From Methanobacteriota archaeon (lineage in GTDB: Archaea > Thermoplasmatota > Thermoplasmata > SG8-5 > DAIRED01), in the NCBI GenBank assembly GCA_043799545.1, contig JAZDNO010000019.1:32001-96000 (forward strand): 64,000 bases of DNA. The letters are read 5' to 3'. The notes beneath the pieces were generated by a model. The model saw only the letters and a program-made list of their open reading frames with translations, ran no database searches and was not told the DNA's origin. A program made the translations under genes and the position numbers. Below are positions 57,173 to 64,000 of the stretch, piece by piece; the stretch's first letter is position 1; each line of letters opens with the position of its first letter.

Positions 57173-58396
57173 ATGGAAATTGAATTCCTCGGTGGCGCCA
57201 GCAAGGTCGGCAGCCTCGGCATGCTGATGAAGACCGGCGGCACGAAGCTCCTCATAGACTACGGCATAACGCCCACCGACCCGCCAGGGTATCCGGTGCG
57301 CACGACCGCTGTGGACGCGGTCCTGCTCACGCACGCCCACGTCGACCATTCGGGTATGATCCCCTGGTACGCGGGGAAATACGACAGCCCGATTCACGCC
57401 TCCCCTCCGACGATAGACGTTGGCCTGATGCTTATGGAAGACACAATCAAGGTCACCCAGGCGGAAGGATATCCCCTGCCGTACGAGCGTGGCGACGTCC
57501 GCGCGGCCCAGCGCAACTTCGACGAGACGGATGTGGGGGAAACGTTCCATGTCGGCGACGTAGAAATCGAGACATTTTCCGCCGGCCACATCCCTGGGGC
57601 GATGATGTACATGGTCAAGTCCCACGACTCAGTTTTGTTCACGGGGGACATCAACACCATCGACACGCGCCTGGTCGGGCGCTGCGACATGCCCCAGTGC
57701 GACACGCTGATACTGGAGAGCACCTACGCCGGCCGGCACCACCCCGACCGTCTGAAGACGGAATACGCTTTCCAGCGCAAGGTGGACGAGGTAGTCGCCA
57801 GGGGCGGAGTCGCCGTCGTTCCAGCGTTCGCCGTCGGGCGCACGCAGGAGGCTGCGATGGTGCTCGCGCAGAGCAGGCACCTCATCTGGCTCGACGGGAT
57901 GGGCAAGCGCGTTAACGAGGCCTACCTCGACCACCCGAAGTACCTGGCATCAGCGAAGAAGCTTCGCAGGGCCATGAACGTGTGCCAGGCTGTAAGGAAC
58001 ACCGGGGCGCGAAGCCAGGCAGCGCATGGGGACGTGATAATCACGACCAGCGGCATGCTGGACGGCGGGCCGGCGCTTAGCTACATAGACAAGCTGAGGC
58101 ACGACCCGAAGAACGCAATCCTTCTCACTGGCTATCAGGTCGAAGGGACCAACGGCCGAAGGCTCATGGACACGGGCAAGATGGTCTTCGACGGCGAAGA
58201 GAAGGAAATCAACTGCGAGGTCTCTTTCTTCGACTTCTCGGCCCATGCGGACCACAAGCAGCTCCTGCGCTTCGTGGACAAGTGCGAGCCCACGAAGGTT
58301 GTATTGATGCACGGGGACCAGCGCGAGGCGCTGGCAAAGGACTTGGAAGGGTACAACGTGGAGATGCCGAACGAGGGAGAGAAGATAGAAATCTGA
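57173..58396 (+). CDS. MBL-fold beta-CASP ribonuclease
   Basis: LTHAHVDHSG, AGHIPG, FTGD, ESTY, FAVGRTQE, SGML and FSAHAD. Confidence 0.92.
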   Translation: MEIEFLGGASKVGSLGMLMKTGGTKLLIDYGITPTDPPGYPVRTTAVDAVLLTHAHVDHSGMIPWYAGKYDSPIHASPPTIDVGLMLMEDTIKVTQAEGYPLPYERGDVRAAQRNFDETDVGETFHVGDVEIETFSAGHIPGAMMYMVKSHDSVLFTGDINTIDTRLVGRCDMPQCDTLILESTYAGRHHPDRLKTEYAFQRKVDEVVARGGVAVVPAFAVGRTQEAAMVLAQSRHLIWLDGMGKRVNEAYLDHPKYLASAKKLRRAMNVCQAVRNTGARSQAAHGDVIITTSGMLDGGPALSYIDKLRHDPKNAILLTGYQVEGTNGRRLMDTGKMVFDGEEKEINCEVSFFDFSAHADHKQLLRFVDKCEPTKVVLMHGDQREALAKDLEGYNVEMPNEGEKIEI

Positions 58397-58397
58397 A
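58388..58397 (+). repeat. Left copy of 10-bp direct repeat GAAATCTGAA
   Basis: Spans the last codons and stop of the beta-CASP gene. It is identical to 61268-61277. Confidence 0.7.
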
Positions 58398-58473
58398 CGC
58401 TACCGATAGTTTCCCATTTCGGTAAATTATAAGTATTGAACGGCCAATTGCCATCAGGGATTTCGATTGAAAT

Positions 58474-59391
58474 GTGGACGAGAGAAGTCCGGTTGTTCAA
58501 AAGGAGCCTGGTATCGTGTTTGATTGGCTCATCAACATCCCCGGGCCGACATTCCTGGTGTACCTCCTCATTTTTATAATATCCTTAACTGTGGTAGGCG
58601 GTTATTTATGTTACTTTGACCCAACTGGCAAATTGGACGAGCCTGGGATTACTGAGCTTGAAAAATACCATATAGCGGCATTGCGCGGAGGAGTCAAGGA
58701 AGTAATTGTCACGGCTGCATTCAGTCTCTGGCATAAGGGGCTTATCAATCTGGACAAAGATGAAATCGAACGTAACGAAAAAAATGTTCCCATACTAGAT
58801 CCCATCGAAAAAGAGGTATATGATGAGCTCTCAACCCCGAAAACAGCGTCCTCATTGGTGTACAGCATCGGCTTAGGAGTTAGGTTGGAAGAATACATGG
58901 AATCCATCAACAAGAACCTGGAAAGGCTGCATTTAAAACCTGGTAAAAGTGCTGCATCTAGAGACTGGCTGATACTCTTTTCTATTCTCACGCCAATCCT
59001 CGTCATCGGTGGATTAAAGTTGTATTTTGGGATTGTGCGAGAGAAACCTGTCATGTTTTTAATAATTCTTCTGTGCATGTCCGCCATACTCATCGTGGTT
59101 TTGTTAAATCCATTGAAGTTCCAAACAACACTGGGAAGGCGTTATCTGAATTCGTTGAAAGATCACTACAATTGCATCAAAGATCGCGCTCCAACGGATA
59201 TTCTCAGATACAATATGGACCCGGCTATCGGAATGGCAGTATTCGGCGTGACTGGGCTATATCTTGTAGCGTCTTTGAACACATTCACAAGCAAGTTCAC
59301 GCCGCAGACGTCAAGCGGGGGATTCGGCTGCGGGGGCGCTGGTTGTGGCGGCGGTGGATGCGGCGGAGGTTGCGGGGGGTGCGGCGGATGA
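58474..59391 (+). CDS. TIGR04222-like membrane protein with C-terminal Gly/Cys tail
   Basis: NIPGPTFLVYL, LEKYHIAALRGG, a TM hairpin, TTLGRRYL, and the tail GGFGCGGAGCGGGGCGGGCGGCGG. Confidence 0.85.
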   Translation: MDERSPVVQKEPGIVFDWLINIPGPTFLVYLLIFIISLTVVGGYLCYFDPTGKLDEPGITELEKYHIAALRGGVKEVIVTAAFSLWHKGLINLDKDEIERNEKNVPILDPIEKEVYDELSTPKTASSLVYSIGLGVRLEEYMESINKNLERLHLKPGKSAASRDWLILFSILTPILVIGGLKLYFGIVREKPVMFLIILLCMSAILIVVLLNPLKFQTTLGRRYLNSLKDHYNCIKDRAPTDILRYNMDPAIGMAVFGVTGLYLVASLNTFTSKFTPQTSSGGFGCGGAGCGGGGCGGGCGGCGG

Positions 59392-60503
59392 AGAAAAACC
59401 GAACTGGTTGCAATAATCCGCGCGAGTCACCGTTGATATTCCAATGGCATATCACCGACAAGTGCAACCTCAATTGCCGTCATTGCTACCAAGATAATGG
59501 GCCTGTGCCAGATCCGGAATTCCCGATGTTGGAGAGGACATTCAGACAATATCTGGATTTGCTGGATAAAATCAAAGAAACGGGACGCTGGAAGCCGCGG
59601 GGGCACATCAACATAACCGGTGGAGAACCATTGCTCCGAGATGATTTGTTCAAGCTATTGAACTTGATATCGGAAGCCGACCGACGTGTATCCGTAGGGA
59701 TACTCACGAATGGAACACTGGTCGACGATAAAATGGCTAAAAATATCGGCGACACGGGCGTCAAATTCGTCCAGGTTAGCATGGAAGGGGGGCGGAAAAC
59801 CCACGATTGCGTCAGGGGGCAAGGCAATTTCAATCTCGTAATCGAGGGAATAGAACGCCTGCAAGGTGCCGGTATTTCAACCTACGTTTCGTTCACCGCC
59901 CACCGTCTGAATTACATGGAATTTGGTGACGTAGCGGGGACATGTCGTAAATTGGGCGTGGATTGTCTTTGGGCCGACCGTCTTATACCTTGCGGACGGG
60001 GCAGGGAATTGGCGAACAGCACTCTTTCGCCTGCACAGACGAGGACATTTTTCCAGAACATGAAGCGCGCAAGGTACAATTTGTCGCGTGGATGGGGCAA
60101 GAAAAAAACCGAGATACGTATGAAGCGCTCCCTTCAATTCCTCATCGGCGGTGGAATGCCGTACCGATGCTCCGCAGGAGACCGCCTGATAACTGTGATG
60201 CCTGATGGAACGATGTATCCATGCCGGAGGATGCCCATTTCCGTCGGAAATGTAGCCGTTGAGTCCATATCAGACACATACTACAACAATGAATTCATGC
60301 AGGCGTTGCGCGATCCGGCCAGGGTGCCGGACGGTTGTGAGAATTGCCTTCACGCGAGCGCATGCCACGGAGGCTCCAGATGTCTGGCTAACGTCGTAAA
60401 CGGTTCGCCGTTTACAAGGGACCCGGGATGCTGGGATGCTCATTTTAACAGCTTGGAAAGTCCTGTCTTTGATGTTGGGGACGTGAGGTGTGAAGTATGG
60501 TAG
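59388..60503 (+). CDS. Radical SAM/SPASM domain protein
   Basis: FQWHITDKCNLNCRHCYQ, TGGEP, VQVSMEG, and SPASM cysteines CSAG...YPC...CENC...CHGGSRC...DPGC. It has an ATGA overlap with the upstream stop. Confidence 0.95.
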   Translation: MKKNRTGCNNPRESPLIFQWHITDKCNLNCRHCYQDNGPVPDPEFPMLERTFRQYLDLLDKIKETGRWKPRGHINITGGEPLLRDDLFKLLNLISEADRRVSVGILTNGTLVDDKMAKNIGDTGVKFVQVSMEGGRKTHDCVRGQGNFNLVIEGIERLQGAGISTYVSFTAHRLNYMEFGDVAGTCRKLGVDCLWADRLIPCGRGRELANSTLSPAQTRTFFQNMKRARYNLSRGWGKKKTEIRMKRSLQFLIGGGMPYRCSAGDRLITVMPDGTMYPCRRMPISVGNVAVESISDTYYNNEFMQALRDPARVPDGCENCLHASACHGGSRCLANVVNGSPFTRDPGCWDAHFNSLESPVFDVGDVRCEVW

Positions 60504-61237
60504 ACAATTTGCCGTTATCGAGCACGAATGTGGGACCGGAAAGCGTAAGAGCACTGGAACACTTTGTAGCAGATGTGTTGAAGGAGTTCCAAACTGACAT
60601 ATCATCCATCATTTTGTACGGCAGCGGTGCGCGTGCTGATTTCAGGGAGGGGAAAAGTGACCTCAACCTCCTTGTCGTATTTTCTAGTCTGGACATGGCG
60701 CGAATGAGCCGGTTCATACCTCTGCATGACAAATATCTTCGAAATCGAATTGTACCACTGGCATTGACGAAGAAGGATCTCGTTGACACGGCCCATGTGT
60801 TTCCACTCAAGTTTCTATCGTTTAAAGAGGCAAATGTCGTCCTATCTGGCATCGATGTGTTGAAAGAGATAGATGTGGACAATTCGCATGTCAGGTTTAG
60901 GTGCAAGCAGGAACTTCAAAACCTGTTGATGAGGTTGAGATACCACTACATATCCAACCAAGGGCGGGGGCTGACGAACATGATGTCTCGCACATCGACA
61001 AATTTCATCGAATCCCTTCGTGTCGTGATATTGTTGGAAACGGGCAACAAACCCGACAGAGTCGGGATAGTCGAGGCTGCCAGTTCAATCGGTATCGATG
61101 GAGGGGCTTTGAAGAAAGTGCTCGACATTAAGGGAAGGGATGTTGCCTTGCCAAACACAGAGTCCAGAGTGATTTTCGAGAGATATCTCCGAATTGTGGA
61201 GCAATTGTTAGCAAAGGTGGACAACCTTAAAGAATGA
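60497..61237 (+). CDS. Pol-beta-superfamily nucleotidyltransferase with helical C-terminal domain
   Basis: IILYGSGAR...SDLNLLVV. It overlaps the rSAM stop and has a GAGGTG RBS. Confidence 0.8.
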   Translation: MVDNLPLSSTNVGPESVRALEHFVADVLKEFQTDISSIILYGSGARADFREGKSDLNLLVVFSSLDMARMSRFIPLHDKYLRNRIVPLALTKKDLVDTAHVFPLKFLSFKEANVVLSGIDVLKEIDVDNSHVRFRCKQELQNLLMRLRYHYISNQGRGLTNMMSRTSTNFIESLRVVILLETGNKPDRVGIVEAASSIGIDGGALKKVLDIKGRDVALPNTESRVIFERYLRIVEQLLAKVDNLKE

Positions 61238-61267
61238 ATATAGCAAGAATATTTTTGTAAATAAATT

Positions 61268-61277
61268 GAAATCTGAA
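61268..61277 (+). repeat. Right copy of 10-bp direct repeat GAAATCTGAA
   Basis: Identical to 58388-58397, located at the right edge of the AT-rich cassette. Confidence 0.7.
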
Positions 61278-61297
61278 AAGGTTTTTGGAATTTCAGC

Positions 61298-61990
61298 TTA
61301 CTTTATTCCCCTGTCGTGCGCACCCACGCTCGGCCTGGCCTTCTCCGCGCCCTTGCCCTTTCTGCGGAGGCCGCGGCCCTTCTTTCCGGCGCTGGTCAGT
61401 CCGCGGTTCGCGCGTCCGCTCTGCTCATTGCCGCATATCCAGTTTATCTTCGGGTCCGCCCGTATGACCGGGTGGTCCGGGTCCACCAAGATGACCTCGA
61501 AGTACATGTTCTTCCCGTCCTGGGCGAGCCAGTAAGAGTTGAGAACCTCGAGGTTCGGGTACCTGCGGCCGACGCGCTCCTCGGCGATGCGCTTGAGGCT
61601 CTTGCCCGAAGTGATCTTGTTCAGGCCGCGGCGCTTCGGCTTGCGCCCGCCGATATGCTGGCGCTTCCTCAAAGGCCCGCGCCTGACCCGGCCCCTCACC
61701 ACAACGTATCCCTGTTTGGCCTTGTAGCCGAGGGAGCGCGCCCTGTCCAGGCGGGTCGGGTGCTCGATGCGCACGAACGCCGGCTCGCGGCGCCACGCAA
61801 TCATCCTGTGCCAGTTCAGGTCCTTCACGAACGAGTTGGCGGGGACCTTCCAGGCGTCCTTTATGTGAGAATACATGCTCTTCGCCGGCACGCCAGTGTG
61901 GAGCACAGTTGGCGGGGCCATGACGATTTCCTCTTCTGCCGGCGCTTCCTTCTTCTTCGGTCTGGCCTTCTTGGCCTTGTCTTCTGCCAT
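61298..61990 (-). CDS. rpl15e: 50S ribosomal protein L15e with N-terminal extension
   Basis: [40 protein letters not shown] and YFEVILVDP. Confidence 0.97.
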   Translation of the reverse strand: MAEDKAKKARPKKKEAPAEEEIVMAPPTVLHTGVPAKSMYSHIKDAWKVPANSFVKDLNWHRMIAWRREPAFVRIEHPTRLDRARSLGYKAKQGYVVVRGRVRRGPLRKRQHIGGRKPKRRGLNKITSGKSLKRIAEERVGRRYPNLEVLNSYWLAQDGKNMYFEVILVDPDHPVIRADPKINWICGNEQSGRANRGLTSAGKKGRGLRRKGKGAEKARPSVGAHDRGIK

Positions 61991-62095
61991 GTCAGTTCAC
62001 CTCTGCGACTCTTGCCGCGTTTCCGGGTTCGCCCGAAGGCACATTCCCGCTAGCCCAACGTATGTCGGGCCGAGTGCGGGACTCATCCCGCGACT
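61991..62095 (-). ncRNA. Structured 5' leader of rpl15e (candidate ribosomal-protein leader)
   Basis: Four hairpins: GCGGGA-UGAG-UCCCGC, GCCCGAC-AUAC-GUUGGGC, GCC-UUCG-GGC and GCGGC-AAGA-GUCGC. The G.U pairs work only on the minus strand. A TATA (TTTTATAT) lies at 62118-62125. Confidence 0.55.
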
Positions 62096-62127
62096 TGAAC
62101 CACCCCAGGCCGAGGGGATATAAAAGC

Positions 62128-63102
62128 TTAGAGGTTTAACAATCCATAGATGATGAATGGGAGTGCAATTGCAAGGATGGCTCCGTAGTAGTTCACCTGC
62201 TTGGAGTAGTCCACCTCTTTCCAGTACTCTTCGTCGATGTATATCACGGTCGTGACGAACAGCGAGGCGGCCAAGAACCCATAGGTCGCAATCATGATTT
62301 TGTCTATCGTCATCAGCATCGGCATCGGTGGCAGCGACGATGTCTGGCTGATGTGGAACATCACGGCGGAGATGAGCATCGACGTGCCGAAGCCGATTCG
62401 GTTGGCTATCTTATCCGGCCTGAACGCGAACGAGAGGCCTGAGACTATGCAGAAGATTATCGGCGGGAGGAGGGTCTTGATGGCTGTCGTGGTCACGGCC
62501 CTGCCGATGCTGATGGAAAATGTGGTGCGCGAGTATGTCTCCCCCCAGTTCTCGTAAACCTTGTCGCTGACGGAGATTGCGACATCGTTCATCTGCCAGC
62601 CGGGGATGTTCAGAGATTCGTCTATCGTCGTGCCATCGGTGTCGGCGACGTACACGAGGTCGTCGACCGTGAGCTTGGAGTCTTCTATCTGGATGACTAT
62701 CTCGAACTCGTTGAACGGGTAGGTCTTGAACTGCGGTTCGTTGTAGAGCGACGCTTGGATGCGATACCAGACCTCGCGCACGCCGTCACTCGTCACGTCC
62801 GAGAGCTTCTGCGTCGAGCTCGCGCGCCCGTTCATGAACTCGTACGATAGCGCGGAGAAGTTCGCATCGCTCGCGTCCCATGCGAGCCACATGTAGAAGT
62901 CTATGGTGTACGTGCCTTTGTTGGCGTCGAAGTTGCCGAAGCCGACGACGTAAATTCCGACGGTCACCTGAGTGGCGCCGGCGGCCTGGCGCGTGGTCGG
63001 GGGCGCTGGTGCGGCCGCGTCCACGGAGCCGAGCGGCACCAGCGACAGGGCCAGGAGCCCGACGAGCGCGAGCGCCGCCATCCTGTAAATCCTCACAGAC
63101 AT
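62128..63102 (-). CDS. Pentameric ligand-gated ion channel (GLIC/ELIC-like)
   Basis: Signal peptide, VTVGIYV...TYTIDFYMWLAW, a YPFN loop, M1 LLPPIIFC and four TM helices. Confidence 0.85.
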   Translation of the reverse strand: MSVRIYRMAALALVGLLALSLVPLGSVDAAAPAPPTTRQAAGATQVTVGIYVVGFGNFDANKGTYTIDFYMWLAWDASDANFSALSYEFMNGRASSTQKLSDVTSDGVREVWYRIQASLYNEPQFKTYPFNEFEIVIQIEDSKLTVDDLVYVADTDGTTIDESLNIPGWQMNDVAISVSDKVYENWGETYSRTTFSISIGRAVTTTAIKTLLPPIIFCIVSGLSFAFRPDKIANRIGFGTSMLISAVMFHISQTSSLPPMPMLMTIDKIMIATYGFLAASLFVTTVIYIDEEYWKEVDYSKQVNYYGAILAIALPFIIYGLLNL

Positions 63103-63153
63103 TTCGATACCTCTGGGCAGGGCTATGCGGAAGGGATAGAAAAGGGTTTAGCC

Positions 63154-64000
63154 TCACATCCTGTAAACGCCGCTCTTCGTTTCCGGGAACGGCGCGTTGA
63201 GCGAGGCGGATATGCCGAGTGCGAGCACCATGCGCGTCTGCGCCGGGTCTATGATGCCGTCGTCCCAGATTCGCGCCGACGAATAGTAAGGCCCGCCCTC
63301 CTTGTCGTACTTCTGCAGGATTGGGTCGGTCAGCTCCCTCTCCTCGTCGGCCGTCAGCTCCCTACCTTTGCGCCACATCTGGTCTTTCTTGACAGTCAGC
63401 AGAACGCCCGCGGCCTGCTTCCCGCCCATGACTGAGATACGAGCATTGGGCCACATCCAGAGCTGCCTCGGTCCGTATGCCCGCCCGCACATGCCGTAGT
63501 TGCCAGCGCCGAAGGAGCCGCCGATTATGACAGTGAACTTCGGAACGGCAGCGTTCGACACCGCGGAGACCATCTTCGCCCCGTCTTTTGCAATCCCACC
63601 GGCCTCGTACTTGCGCCCAATCATGAAGCCGGTGATGTTCTGCAGGAACACCAGTGGAATCTTCCGCTGGCAGCAGAGTTCTATGAAGTGCGTGCCCTTG
63701 AGCGCGCTCTCCGAAAACAGCACGCCGTTGTTCGCCAGAATGCCGACCGGGTAGCCCATGATGTGGGCGAAGCCGGTGACCAGCGTCGTGCCGTACAGCT
63801 CCTTGAACTCGTGGAAGCGCGAGCCGTCGACGACGCGCGCGATTATCTCCCGGACCTCGAAAGGCTGGTGCGAATCCGCCGGGACGATGCCGTAGATGTC
63901 CTCTATGGGGTAAAGCGGCTCGTCTGGCTGCCCGCATTGGATGAACGTCTTTGGTTGGCGGTTCAGATTCTCCATTATGTTCCGCGCGGTGCGGAGCGAC
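63154..64000 (-). CDS. Methylcrotonyl-CoA carboxylase-like carboxyltransferase beta subunit (5' part outside window)
   Basis: [49 protein letters not shown] and WDDGIIDP. Confidence 0.93.
   Translation of the reverse strand, partial: SLRTARNIMENLNRQPKTFIQCGQPDEPLYPIEDIYGIVPADSHQPFEVREIIARVVDGSRFHEFKELYGTTLVTGFAHIMGYPVGILANNGVLFSESALKGTHFIELCCQRKIPLVFLQNITGFMIGRKYEAGGIAKDGAKMVSAVSNAAVPKFTVIIGGSFGAGNYGMCGRAYGPRQLWMWPNARISVMGGKQAAGVLLTVKKDQMWRKGRELTADEERELTDPILQKYDKEGGPYYSSARIWDDGIIDPAQTRMVLALGISASLNAPFPETKSGVYRM

Noticed and set aside
59389-59433. Selenocysteine read-through of the TGA after the CGG tail
   Set aside because: The TGA is part of the ATGA overlap with the rSAM start, and the read-through sequence (RKTELVAIIRASHR) does not continue the Gly/Cys pattern.
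60497-61237. CBASS cyclase or MNT-HEPN toxin-antitoxin
   Set aside because: No Cap effector or separate HEPN (Rx4-6H) gene is adjacent, and the protein is shorter than typical CD-NTases.

Overview
This is an archaeal, GC-rich chromosomal window. Marker genes are rpl10e, rpl15e, thermosome, PolD small subunit, Csl4, Bud32, Dph2, MfnA and FtsZ. A Thermoplasmatota-like heterotroph is my inference from gene content (hutU, paaK, methylcrotonyl-CoA carboxylase, malic enzyme), not a verified assignment. It holds about 58 CDS, one tRNA-Pro(UGG), no CRISPR array, no rRNA and no recognisable transposase or integrase. The best candidate for an undescribed system is an AT-rich, translationally coupled three-gene cassette at 58474-61237. 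It encodes a TIGR04222-like membrane protein ending in a Gly/Cys tail with five CGG units, a radical SAM/SPASM enzyme and a nucleotidyltransferase, and is bracketed by a 10-bp direct repeat. This looks like a horizontally inserted RiPP-like system whose substrate is a membrane-protein tail. Other notable items: two STAND-type NTPase-TPR proteins with a longin/roadblock-like domain inserted between Walker A and B; an intact but catalytically eroded PEP-synthase homologue lacking its phospho-His domain; an orphan receptor-like peptide-binding protein; a bactofilin and a divergent HTH regulator that both carry SHOCT-like helices; a structured rpl15e leader; a pentameric ligand-gated ion channel; and two small ORFs missed by the ORF track. 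All family assignments come from motif recognition by eye, with no database searches.
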